From a virus (lineage: Duplodnaviria; Caudoviricetes), in the IMG/VR virus record IMGVR_UViG_3300032295_001098, positions 1-64,000 of that record: 64,000 bases of DNA; one strand, written 5' to 3'. The notes beneath the pieces were generated by a model, which did not search any database, was not told where the DNA came from, and was given only the letters and a program-made list of their open reading frames with translations. This document shows, piece after piece, positions 33,355 through 42,246 of this stretch (position 1 is its first letter; the number at the start of each line of letters is the position of its first letter). Both the position numbers and the translations under genes were made by a program.

Positions 33355-33443
33355 TATTCTTCTCCTTGATAGGCGGATAAAGCAAAACGCCCACAGGATT
33401 CTGTGAAGAACTCTATGGGCGTTACCCTTCTAGTTTACAGGTG

Positions 33444-33860
33444 TTAAGGCTGAATCAACCTAAACTTAAGCATCTCTAAATCAATCTCTTTGTCACCCAT
33501 CTTGGGAATCTCTTCAATATTTATTTTATTAATCTCTGCTGACTCTGCTTCCGCACACTCATTACAGCGACAACCTTGTCTGTAACGCACCCATGTGCCA
33601 TGTTGACGCATGATGCTTGCTTTAGGATGCTCTACAGTGAGCGCTGTTCGTTCTTGTGGTGTGAGACCGCCCCACATTCCCCACTTCTCTTCCACTCCAT
33701 CGTCTAAACATTCTTTCCACACAGGACATTGACGACATACTGCTTTAGAAATTATGTAGTAATTATCTGGTACGTCAGTGTCTAATGGCGGATACCAAAG
33801 GTCAATGGCTCGGTCTTTGCAAAGGGCATCAACACGCCAGTCCTCTGCGAACTGTGGCAA
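33444..33860 (-). CDS. whiB: WhiB-family transcription factor with extra C-terminal Zn motif
   Basis: CRQCPVWKEC, GMWGGLTPQER; HGT..RY..GCRCNEC. Confidence 0.85.
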   Translation of the reverse strand: MPQFAEDWRVDALCKDRAIDLWYPPLDTDVPDNYYIISKAVCRQCPVWKECLDDGVEEKWGMWGGLTPQERTALTVEHPKASIMRQHGTWVRYRQGCRCNECAEAESAEINKINIEEIPKMGDKEIDLEMLKFRLIQP

Positions 33861-34295
33861 TTAAAACTCTTCCGTTGGAACTTCATCGTGGATGCGCTTG
33901 TCACGAATCGGACGAATGGTGTTTTCAATAGCGGTGTATATCGCTGTACTCATGCGCTCTACTTGCTCATTCATCTTTTCAATCTGTCCGAGAAGGGCAA
34001 CAACCTCACCTGACAGGCGTTTGTTTTCTACAGCCAATTGAAGGATGTTGTCCCAGTTATCTAGCAAAATCTCTGCCATGGACAACTCAGCCTGAGCCGA
34101 GAACTCTTCCAATGTAGGTGTTGTTTCTTGCTTTACAATCTGTGGAATCATGCTGAGGGCATAAGACATGCGCTTGCGCTCACGCTCTAACTCCTGTTGC
34201 ATCGTCCAATGGTTTGGCTCACTGGGGTTGTATATGTAGCGTGGGTCTTTATTTGACATCCACTCATTGTAATAGTCGTGGTTGTTGTACATCAT
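33861..34295 (-). CDS. coiled-coil hypothetical protein
   Basis: coupled ORF. Confidence 0.5.
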   Translation of the reverse strand: MMYNNHDYYNEWMSNKDPRYIYNPSEPNHWTMQQELERERKRMSYALSMIPQIVKQETTPTLEEFSAQAELSMAEILLDNWDNILQLAVENKRLSGEVVALLGQIEKMNEQVERMSTAIYTAIENTIRPIRDKRIHDEVPTEEF

Positions 34296-34609
34296 TGAAG
34301 ACCCTCTTCCTGCACTTCGCAATCCCAACCGCAGGCGCCATAACCAATAGCGTCAGTCCAGTGGTCACGCTTTTCAGGAGTCCATGAGAGTCGGGCGATC
34401 TTGAGAAGCATCATCATGACAGCCACGTCATGTGGTTTGATCTGCACTTCTTGACGGCGGTCAATAATGCGCCGAAGGTAAGTGCTCCACAAGTCTCCTG
34501 TGGTGGCAAAGTCATCAATTGGATCGCCGTAGTCGGCGTCTCGGACACCATTTACTAGGTGATCGGCTTCCGCCAAGATGTTGGTACGGTTGGTGGGATT
34601 ACTAGTCAT
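34292..34609 (-). CDS. DUF6378-type protein
   Basis: RDADYGDP...DVAVMMMLLKIAR...DHWTDAIGY. Confidence 0.7.
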   Translation of the reverse strand: MTSNPTNRTNILAEADHLVNGVRDADYGDPIDDFATTGDLWSTYLRRIIDRRQEVQIKPHDVAVMMMLLKIARLSWTPEKRDHWTDAIGYGACGWDCEVQEEGLQ

Positions 34610-34662
34610 GGTGCACCTCGCTGTTGGGTTGCGGGAATTATAGAGGTGCGTGAGCGGTTCTG

Positions 34663-36099
34663 TCAATTATCTTCGGATAGATCCAAGATATCTGAGTACA
34701 TGGAATTGGTCGCATTTGGTCCCATTCCGCCACCTTCTAGCATGCGATTGGATTCTCCAGCCTTGGCTCCAAATAATCTAGATAAAACTCCGCTGGATCC
34801 TCGTGCTTCCATCTCTAAACGGATGGTGTCACGGGTGTCTGAGATGTTCTTGAAGCGGTCAATCAAGTTGAACAAGCGATCCATTTCGTTGGACAACGCT
34901 GGGTCAAGACCTTGACCTTCTAGTTCTTCAGCAAAGCGAGCGAACATCACACGACCTACTTGCATCTCTAACAGGGCACGCATCGCCGCCTGTAATTGAT
35001 CCTTTGTGCGGATCTCAATCGGCAAGTTAAATGCACATTCTGTGTTTTCTTTAAATGAAGGACATCTACTGCTCAAATAGCAATTATTGCATTGGCGTAA
35101 AGGGTTCGCATTGTAACGAATTACGTTCACTTTTTCAGGGTCAATTTCTATTGATTCCCCTTGATTATCAACGGTTTGCGAGCCAAAGGAGGTGATTGTT
35201 TCCATACCCATTACTGGTAGCAATACACGGTCACTCTCGTGCCGCTTGTTTGGTACGTTGATAGCAATAGATGACCCCCCTGAAACCGCTAAAGTGGGGG
35301 TATGTGGTTTAGGGTCAATAGCAATTATTGACCCATCTTCAGTACTACTGATCTCTTGCTCGTCATCGTCATTCATAGGGTCATAGCCCCCAAAAGTATG
35401 GGTCTCCCACTGGCGCCATGAAGCGATAGCGAGGGTACCGATTGCGGATACGTTGTCATCCATTACAGCATCAAAGTCAATACCGAGTCGGATGATGTCC
35501 GCTCGGTGCTTCTTTCGTGAAGACTCTTTCTGTTGTGCTGGGTATCGGCGCAAGCCGTGACCGTCCCACACCTGTGTCTCGCCGTAACGGATAGCGCTCG
35601 TCCATGATCCCACGATTACGGTGTCCCATGGGATGCGCTCAATCAGATCGGGCTTAGATGTAATGCCGACTAACTTGGCACTCCAGCGCTGTTGTATGGA
35701 CGCTATGCGCCCCACATTGCGTCCTGTGACCGCCTTGTCGCTGATCGCAGCACGACCGTACTTCTGGCACAGCCATGTCAGGCGCTCCAGATCTTGCTCG
35801 TCATTCCATAGCGGGTAGTACTTATCACCCAGCCATGTCCCGTCATACTCAGGACGACCAATTACAATATGTATATTATCTGCGTGATCCCGTACGAACT
35901 GGTCAAATCGGCTTGTGTCCTCATCGTTCTCGGATGTGTACACAATGACCTCGCCACCTCCGAAGAGCACGCTGAGGTCTAGTTCTTTCTTCTTGGGGAT
36001 CGGAAAGTGGGTCAGGTTGATGGCATGACGCTCTACCCCAGCGTCAATGAGCATCTTCCGATACGTCCCCTTTTCCGCTCCGCCAAAGAAGACTTTCAT
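34663..36099 (-). CDS. hypothetical phage protein with C-terminal Cys cluster
   Basis: 478 aa; CNNCYLSSRCP..C. Confidence 0.65.
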   Translation of the reverse strand: MKVFFGGAEKGTYRKMLIDAGVERHAINLTHFPIPKKKELDLSVLFGGGEVIVYTSENDEDTSRFDQFVRDHADNIHIVIGRPEYDGTWLGDKYYPLWNDEQDLERLTWLCQKYGRAAISDKAVTGRNVGRIASIQQRWSAKLVGITSKPDLIERIPWDTVIVGSWTSAIRYGETQVWDGHGLRRYPAQQKESSRKKHRADIIRLGIDFDAVMDDNVSAIGTLAIASWRQWETHTFGGYDPMNDDDEQEISSTEDGSIIAIDPKPHTPTLAVSGGSSIAINVPNKRHESDRVLLPVMGMETITSFGSQTVDNQGESIEIDPEKVNVIRYNANPLRQCNNCYLSSRCPSFKENTECAFNLPIEIRTKDQLQAAMRALLEMQVGRVMFARFAEELEGQGLDPALSNEMDRLFNLIDRFKNISDTRDTIRLEMEARGSSGVLSRLFGAKAGESNRMLEGGGMGPNATNSMYSDILDLSEDN

Positions 36100-36350
36100 T
36101 CGTTTGAAGGAAGTTCTTCCCAGCCAGCCTTACGCCATACTGACGGGCTGTGGTTCTGCTCTACGAGCATCGCCTCAAGATCGTCTACATAAAGACGCAA
36201 GATATGAATGCAAGGGTCATCGCCCTCGTCCCATGCGCTGTCTTCGTCCTCGGTGGATGGTAACCCATCATGTGTTGAACACACAGGAGGACCGACCCAC
36301 TTATTCTCTAATCCCATTTTAAGCCATGAGTCAAAATCCAATTTAGACAT
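36096..36350 (-). CDS. hypothetical protein
   Basis: GPPVCSTHDG...DDPCIH. Confidence 0.55.
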   Translation of the reverse strand: MSKLDFDSWLKMGLENKWVGPPVCSTHDGLPSTEDEDSAWDEGDDPCIHILRLYVDDLEAMLVEQNHSPSVWRKAGWEELPSNE

Positions 36351-36825
36351 CGCCCCAATTCCTTTCCGCTCTTGCAAGAGCCTGCTTCTCAGTTTCTTCT
36401 ACAATCTCGCCCCACTCTTTCTTAAAGCGGGACTCAGACCATTCAGGTCTAACGGTGTGTGGCACCGTCATTAGCAGTGTAGGGATTCCGTTATGGGCTA
36501 CACGGGCTATGACATTTGGGTCAACGTCAATGTACCAGTTGATGCGTCCATAAACAGCGTGCAGATTACTAATTCTTGCAACCTTGGCTTCAACAGTGTT
36601 TTCAGGAATAAAATCAACCGTTGATGCTTTAAAGTTTTCACGCTTCAACCAACTAAGCAAACCCTCTTGGTTTTCTACGCCATGAGCAAACACCACCATT
36701 CGTCCGCTGTATGCAGGGAACAATGTGTTCCATAGTTTCCGACCCTCAGGTGTTGGTTGCCTTGCTCCGACATCATCACTTACTGGGCTAGGTACCGAAA
36801 GGACATCTAGCGACAGGATAATCAT
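36343..36825 (-). CDS. HAD-fold-like protein
   Basis: N-terminal ILSLDVL, later YIDVDP; degenerate HAD motifs. Confidence 0.45.
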   Translation of the reverse strand: MIILSLDVLSVPSPVSDDVGARQPTPEGRKLWNTLFPAYSGRMVVFAHGVENQEGLLSWLKRENFKASTVDFIPENTVEAKVARISNLHAVYGRINWYIDVDPNVIARVAHNGIPTLLMTVPHTVRPEWSESRFKKEWGEIVEETEKQALARAERNWGDV

Positions 36826-37289
36826 CAGTCGTAGAGACCCAACTCAATTCGTTGACGGTGCGTGTAGTACTCGGCGGCTGGGCAGTACATGCAAAGATAC
36901 TGGCGCTTATCTTTAGGGACACCAACCTTGCGACCGACTGTCTTGTCGTCTGCACACCAGTCAAGACAACCTTGCTTAGGACGGTTATGTCGGTTAAAGC
37001 ACTTGAGTGCATCTACCTTTAACTCGTCACGAGTGTCACGGATGTAGACGTCATTCTTTTCTAGTTCACTCTTGACGGCTGTCTCGGTGTCTAGTTTCTT
37101 GGCGGTCTCTTCATCTGTGCGGAAGATAATGGCGTTGCAGTCTTGTGGGTTTGGAACCTGTGCGTTGTGACGGTCACAGAGTTCACGCAACTCTTGGTCA
37201 TACTCCGCAGGTCCGTCATACGGCTTCATCTTGTACATGACACCGTGTGTTTTGCATACCAAAAGACGATGCGCTTGATCATTGGACAT
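36825..37289 (-). CDS. Cys/His-rich hypothetical protein
   Basis: AGGAG SD; CKTH, CFNRH, CMYCP. Confidence 0.6.
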   Translation of the reverse strand: MSNDQAHRLLVCKTHGVMYKMKPYDGPAEYDQELRELCDRHNAQVPNPQDCNAIIFRTDEETAKKLDTETAVKSELEKNDVYIRDTRDELKVDALKCFNRHNRPKQGCLDWCADDKTVGRKVGVPKDKRQYLCMYCPAAEYYTHRQRIELGLYD

Positions 37290-37330
37290 GTTGTGCTCCT
37301 AACTTCGGTCTAGCCGAAGCCTACTATAAA

Positions 37331-37516
37331 TTATTCCGTGTCTGTTCTGCCGTACAAAGGTTGCATAGTCAACAAGCCATCATTGCATGATTTACACAAA
37401 TGGGCTGTGAGATGCTCAGGGCTTTCTTGCTCTGTATCGCAGTGGACACAGGTGCGCTTATAGTCCTTCTTGTTGACCGAAGGGTTGCCTCTAAACGCCC
37501 GATAGTCGGGACGCAT
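37331..37516 (-). CDS. small zinc-finger protein
   Basis: two CxxC. Confidence 0.5.
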   Translation of the reverse strand: MRPDYRAFRGNPSVNKKDYKRTCVHCDTEQESPEHLTAHLCKSCNDGLLTMQPLYGRTDTE

Positions 37517-37517
37517 G

Positions 37518-37721
37518 TTATTGGTGCAGGTGTGCTTCGGGAGCGTTAGCCAAAGGGGTGCGCTCTACTATGCCGTATTGTGCTTGGAGTTCCATAGCAC
37601 GCACTGAAGCGTCAGTTGGATCAAGGTCACCACCACGGTCTGGTGTGGTGCTCTTAAACTTACCGTCCTTGGCGCCGAGGCGAAGGTCGTTGTTCATTGA
37701 GCGGGTTTCGTTTACAGCCAT
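37518..37721 (-). CDS. hypothetical protein
   Basis: TAGGAT-N7-ATG leaderless start. Confidence 0.55.
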   Translation of the reverse strand: MAVNETRSMNNDLRLGAKDGKFKSTTPDRGGDLDPTDASVRAMELQAQYGIVERTPLANAPEAHLHQ

Positions 37722-37740
37722 AGTATTAATCCTATCATTT

Positions 37741-38436
37741 TTATTTAAGAAAATCTGGGGTGTTTTGTTCGTTTAGTGATTGACGAATCCTGTTAATAGC
37801 CTCTGTGCCCATTGTCCTACGTTGTGAACGGGTCTTTGCTGGAGTCTTAGACGTTGCTGTAGGTGTTGGTTGACGTGCTGCTTTCATCTGAGCCACTCCA
37901 GCAACAGCACTTTGTTGCAGTGGAGTCAATGGTGGGCGGGCAGGTGCAGGAGTTCCTGGTGCTGGGAATGCTTGGTTCTGCGATGGAGTTCCAAATGGCT
38001 GTACTCCTGGCGCTGGTGGTGGCATTGCTTTACTAGGCAATGCTGGTGCAGGGGACTTTTGAAAAGCGGCTTGATATTGTGCTCGGTTAGCAAGTCCTAC
38101 ATACTGACTATAAAAGTTCTGACCAGCCTGTTGACTCTGTTGAGCCTTCTGTGCTTGTGCTTGACGGTTCAGGTTTCGGTTAACAAACCCTTGTCCAATT
38201 GCATTAACAGCATCGGCAGTAGCGCCTGGTTTGGTGCGGGTGTCACGAATTTCTCCACCACGCCACGCCTGTTGTACGCCAGCATTTGGTGCTTGATACT
38301 TGTTTTGCGAAGTACGATTACCCTGCTTAAATTCGCCCTGCATCCATGATGGTGTGCGGTTTAGGTAACTCGCATTCATTGACTGCCAGCGAGAGGTGCT
38401 TAAGTTACCAATGTAGTCACTGTCATTGTCAGCCAT
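37741..38436 (-). CDS. Gln/Pro/Ala-rich disordered protein
   Basis: 231 aa coupled ORF. Confidence 0.55.
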   Translation of the reverse strand: MADNDSDYIGNLSTSRWQSMNASYLNRTPSWMQGEFKQGNRTSQNKYQAPNAGVQQAWRGGEIRDTRTKPGATADAVNAIGQGFVNRNLNRQAQAQKAQQSQQAGQNFYSQYVGLANRAQYQAAFQKSPAPALPSKAMPPPAPGVQPFGTPSQNQAFPAPGTPAPARPPLTPLQQSAVAGVAQMKAARQPTPTATSKTPAKTRSQRRTMGTEAINRIRQSLNEQNTPDFLK

Positions 38437-38438
38437 AG

Positions 38439-38756
38439 TTACATCCCCAAACTTTGCATTGAATAGCGACTAGAACCTGAGAAGTTGTCTTCCATGAATG
38501 TACCATCACGGAACATTACAGGAGCGCCAGAAACCCATGAACGGTTTGAAGCCGCATAACGGTCAATGTTCAGTACATCCATGATGCCCATTGTTTGTTT
38601 TTCAAAACCACGGTTCTGCGGGAACACTTGCTGTGGGTACACAGGGCGAATCTTGCGAATGGTGTCTGGATCAGATATGGCGTTCTGCAATGCCATGTCA
38701 ACGAGCATCTCGGTGTGAGACTGCCACGGGCGTGAAGGTGGGACTTGTTGAGCCAT
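38439..38756 (-). CDS. hypothetical protein
   Basis: coupled ORF. Confidence 0.55.
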   Translation of the reverse strand: MAQQVPPSRPWQSHTEMLVDMALQNAISDPDTIRKIRPVYPQQVFPQNRGFEKQTMGIMDVLNIDRYAASNRSWVSGAPVMFRDGTFMEDNFSGSSRYSMQSLGM

Positions 38757-39079
38757 TATTTAATCGGTTTTCCTCTGAAGGATGGATTGTTGTTTTCGTC
38801 CCATGAGAACATTGGCTTCTTGGCAACTTGTCCAGTGCCACCCTTGGCTTTGTCAATCAAGTTGCGTGGAGCAAGGTCAGAGATGCGTGCTACTTGACCT
38901 GTGTACTCAGGTGTATTTGGGTCATCCAAGTCTGGGTTTGCTGGACCGCCAACAATGGCGTCCTTGATGCGACTAACGCCCTTTTTCATGCCACCAGAGG
39001 CAGGGTGGTTGCGCATCTTGTATGCATTCATGTCAACAATGCGTGCACCGTTGCGTGATTCGTCATTACCTTTTGCCAT
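38756..39079 (-). CDS. basic hypothetical protein
   Basis: coupled ORF. Confidence 0.55.
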   Translation of the reverse strand: MAKGNDESRNGARIVDMNAYKMRNHPASGGMKKGVSRIKDAIVGGPANPDLDDPNTPEYTGQVARISDLAPRNLIDKAKGGTGQVAKKPMFSWDENNNPSFRGKPIK

Positions 39080-39081
39080 GG

Positions 39082-39573
39082 TTATTTCCAGTTCGGTGCT
39101 AGGGATTTGAGTTGAGAACGGCGTTGAAGGCTGATTTCTGTAGCCTCGTCACGCTTTTGGTCTCGTGAAATACCACGAGGACCGACCTTGCCATCATTAG
39201 TAAGACGCACAGGCTCTGCACCAGTTGGCGCAAACTTCAAACCTTGTGCTTGATACTGAAGAGCAGTATAAAGGTTGAACTCATCGGGCCAAATGTAATC
39301 GCCCGCATTAATCCGTTCACCTTTATGCACACCACGTGAGTACTGGCGAGCATTCATTCGGCTGAGTGAGCCGAGGATCTTGTCTTGACGGCGGTTAGCC
39401 GACATGGTGCCAAGGTATCCGTCTGGATACTGGGTGTCAGCGCCTGTCTGGTAACCAGATAGCGCTAAGTCTTTGGCGTTGCGGAATACTGGGCTAGGAC
39501 CAAAGTCGGACTGCGTGCCTACACCGTTTTGCGCCGCTGGAGTCATCCATGATGTAAAAGTGTTTTTGCTCAT
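39082..39573 (-). CDS. hypothetical phage protein
   Basis: YPDGYLGT..RRQDK..YSRGVHKGERI. Confidence 0.6.
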   Translation of the reverse strand: MSKNTFTSWMTPAAQNGVGTQSDFGPSPVFRNAKDLALSGYQTGADTQYPDGYLGTMSANRRQDKILGSLSRMNARQYSRGVHKGERINAGDYIWPDEFNLYTALQYQAQGLKFAPTGAEPVRLTNDGKVGPRGISRDQKRDEATEISLQRRSQLKSLAPNWK

Positions 39574-39737
39574 ATGCCCGTTTGACCTTGTCCGCTCGGA
39601 CTGAGCAGACCACCCATTATACCGCCACCTAGAGGTGAGATTGGGCGTATTGCATAGCGGGCACCGCCACGCTCACCAGTCATAGATGCAGGAGTCCTAC
39701 CAATAGTAGGTTTGCGAGGCTTCTTTTTGGAAGCCAT
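39570..39737 (-). CDS. small basic protein (55 aa, MASKKKPRKP...), not in ORF track
   Basis: fills the gap, ATGA overlap downstream. Confidence 0.5.
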   Translation of the reverse strand: MASKKKPRKPTIGRTPASMTGERGGARYAIRPISPLGGGIMGGLLSPSGQGQTGI

Positions 39738-39739
39738 AA

Positions 39740-40366
39740 TCACATCTCGTTAGGTTTTTTGGCTTTAGGGTTAGGAATTGTTGCCTTCGGGTAAGTCTTG
39801 TTGGCAACTGAAGGTGCATCAATGCGCTTAGTGCGCTTGCTAGGTTTGTCGTTAGGCAACAATGCCATGCGCCGTTCACGCTTTGCTTTACGGGTTGCAT
39901 TTAGTTTTTCTGTAGCCATTGCTTTAACAGTTGCATTGCGCTCTTCAACATACTTGTCTCTGCCAGCCATATACTCATCATGAGTAGCAGGAGCGCCTAC
40001 CGTCTTACCCAGTAAGCGTGGATGGTTCTTTTCTAGTTGCTCAGGTGACGCTGTTTTACCTGTTGACTCAAGTCTTTCAACTGTCTGGGTATTTGGGTCA
40101 CGCAAAGCAATGCGAACGTTTCCTACATCACCAATGTGGCTTGTCTTGGTTGAAATGTTGCGCTCAATTTTAATACGGTTAGTCCACTTGACTGGATACC
40201 CAGCATCGTCTGGACCAAGTGTCCCCGCTTCACGAGCAGGGGTATGGATCATAGGGACAACAGTTTCAGTAGGTTCTTCTGAAGACTTAGCCGTATTTGG
40301 TAGATCCCATATTTTAAATGGAGACTCTGAACCAGCGCCAGATGCGAAGTGGTCTTTACGAGCCAT
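39740..40366 (-). CDS. basic hypothetical protein
   Basis: coupled ORF. Confidence 0.55.
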   Translation of the reverse strand: MARKDHFASGAGSESPFKIWDLPNTAKSSEEPTETVVPMIHTPAREAGTLGPDDAGYPVKWTNRIKIERNISTKTSHIGDVGNVRIALRDPNTQTVERLESTGKTASPEQLEKNHPRLLGKTVGAPATHDEYMAGRDKYVEERNATVKAMATEKLNATRKAKRERRMALLPNDKPSKRTKRIDAPSVANKTYPKATIPNPKAKKPNEM

Positions 40367-40617
40367 TAACGACCAGATACATCGTATGGTTTGGCGTACC
40401 CGTTCTTCATGCCCCAGTCTTTATCCATCTCTGACAATCGTGCATCAACTTGTGCAGTTGTCATTGCTGGCTTACCGCCTGATCCCAGTTTTCCTTGGGC
40501 ATCAAGTTGTTTAGGAGAGCCAGTTGGACGAGTCTTTACCCACGATGGTGGCTCAGGTGGAGCGCTACGCATACCACGATGTGGCTCGTTGTTTGAAATA
40601 CGGCTGTGGATGCTCAT
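40366..40617 (-). CDS. hypothetical protein
   Basis: coupled ORF. Confidence 0.5.
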   Translation of the reverse strand: MSIHSRISNNEPHRGMRSAPPEPPSWVKTRPTGSPKQLDAQGKLGSGGKPAMTTAQVDARLSEMDKDWGMKNGYAKPYDVSGR

Positions 40618-40622
40618 GGCTG

Positions 40623-40928
40623 TTAATAACCTAGTTCTTTCAACCAACTGTCGTCTTCTGGAGCGCTTGACTGAGGTTCAGGTGCTTTAGCAGGAATTGC
40701 TTTACCCCATACGTCTGTTTTTGCCTGCCCAAACTTACCTTGTTCGTAAGCCCTGTTTTGAGGAGCCATAGGCTTATCGCCAAAAATCCCTCTAGATGGT
40801 TTGTAACCAGCGGATGAAAAATCGTTAACTGCACCTGGAACGTACGCTTGCCCTGGTTGGCTAAACTGTTTCTTCTTTGGTGGGTACTCAGAGTATGAAC
40901 CACCACGAATCTTGTTAAAAATGCCCAT
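40623..40928 (-). CDS. hypothetical protein
   Basis: coupled ORF. Confidence 0.5.
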   Translation of the reverse strand: MGIFNKIRGGSYSEYPPKKKQFSQPGQAYVPGAVNDFSSAGYKPSRGIFGDKPMAPQNRAYEQGKFGQAKTDVWGKAIPAKAPEPQSSAPEDDSWLKELGY

Positions 40929-40930
40929 AG

Positions 40931-41137
40931 TTAGTCTTCTACTTTCGTCAAAAAGGATTTAGAGGAATCATAATCAGGATGCTTTTCCATACCTGCTGGC
41001 ATGTCAAGATCATCACTGTCTTGTGTTACGCCGTGAGGGTCATCCCCACGACCTGCGTTGTAAGCACGATGGTGCACCATTTTTGAACGGGCAGCGGCTG
41101 GAAGAGTGCCTCGCAATTTTGGGCTGATATCTGCCAC
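40931..41137 (-). CDS. hypothetical protein
   Basis: GAGG SD, GTG start. Confidence 0.5.
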   Translation of the reverse strand: MADISPKLRGTLPAAARSKMVHHRAYNAGRGDDPHGVTQDSDDLDMPAGMEKHPDYDSSKSFLTKVED

Positions 41138-41139
41138 GA

Positions 41140-41430
41140 CTACCTCACAATTGGTTTGAAGGAGATAGCCGAAATGGATTCTCCGTTATCACCAATAATA
41201 TCATCAAACCCAATAATGTAAGTAAGATCAACACCACGTGGGGCAACAAAGCCTCTGGCAATTGCGGCGGCTTTTGCGGCTTGGTTAACAGCACTAGCAC
41301 CGATTGCTCGCATCTTTGGCGCTTGCCCTGCGTTCACTGCACGGGCAAGAATGGATCCAACGCTCTGTGGGTTGCTGGAACCCGAGACTTTAAGGACGTC
41401 TTCAATTGGGGAATTAAGTTCTTGTGACAT
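41140..41430 (-). CDS. spoVS: SpoVS-family protein
   Basis: VLKVSGSSNPQSV...RAIGASAVNQAAKAAAIARGFVAP.G.DL. Confidence 0.9.
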   Translation of the reverse strand: MSQELNSPIEDVLKVSGSSNPQSVGSILARAVNAGQAPKMRAIGASAVNQAAKAAAIARGFVAPRGVDLTYIIGFDDIIGDNGESISAISFKPIVR

Positions 41431-41474
41431 GTTTGTACTCCTAGTAGAACAATGAATTAAATTGTTCCCAAAGT

Positions 41475-41840
41475 TTAGAAGTACTCTGCCTCTTTCAAGA
41501 GTTCTATCAGGTCATCTAGCCTCATCACAGCGTACGACTCACCCAACGCTTTTTCCCCTTTACCTTTCCTCTTCACTACCAACGCAGGAACGCCATCACC
41601 TAGACGATCCGCCTGCTCTACAGTGTCATTGAGCCACCCACTGATATTGAATGACTTGTCGTTCTTGCACTGGATCGCAACCTCTCGTTCGGTCACACGG
41701 CGCACAATGCCATTGATGTCACCTGTGTCCATGGCTCCAGCAAGGGCTGTTCTGCGGGCGTTCTTAAACCCTGCACTAATCAAGTACTCCTTGACCAAGG
41801 TCTCAAAGGCTGTCCCTTTGGCTTTATGTTTATTTCCCAT
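41475..41840 (-). CDS. Holliday junction resolvase (PD-(D/E)XK)
   Basis: KAKGTAFE, DTGDI, IQCKN. Confidence 0.75.
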   Translation of the reverse strand: MGNKHKAKGTAFETLVKEYLISAGFKNARRTALAGAMDTGDINGIVRRVTEREVAIQCKNDKSFNISGWLNDTVEQADRLGDGVPALVVKRKGKGEKALGESYAVMRLDDLIELLKEAEYF

Positions 41841-42237
41841 AACCCAAACTTTCTAAGGCATCTCTACCTTTAAAACTAATCTTGTATATACCTTGTGACC
41901 CCCCAGCACGGCTTAAGCGCTTTCTAAAAGTGTCAGTAAGGTACCCTTCTTCTTTAAGATGTGACACCAATACCCACCAACCATGTGCGGTCTGATCTAG
42001 CCCTGTGTACTCACCCATTTCATCTGTAGTCATATCTTTATGTTCGGCGTAAGCACTAAGGATTGTGTAATACCTGTTACCTTCAACGAGTACTACTTTT
42101 TCTTTGTCATCCTTCTTCTTAGTAGAGACTTTGGCTTCTTTAAGTAAAGTTGTAAGTCTTTCAATTTCACTAGCGGCTTCTACACAATCCGCTTTTTTAG
42201 GGAAGTCAGAACGAAGTCTTTCTATTAATGTAGGCAT
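41830..42237 (-). CDS. winged-helix-like hypothetical protein
   Basis: SHLKEEGYL...GIYKISFKG. Confidence 0.45.
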   Translation of the reverse strand: MPTLIERLRSDFPKKADCVEAASEIERLTTLLKEAKVSTKKKDDKEKVVLVEGNRYYTILSAYAEHKDMTTDEMGEYTGLDQTAHGWWVLVSHLKEEGYLTDTFRKRLSRAGGSQGIYKISFKGRDALESLGYGK

Positions 42238-42246
42238 GTTATTCCT

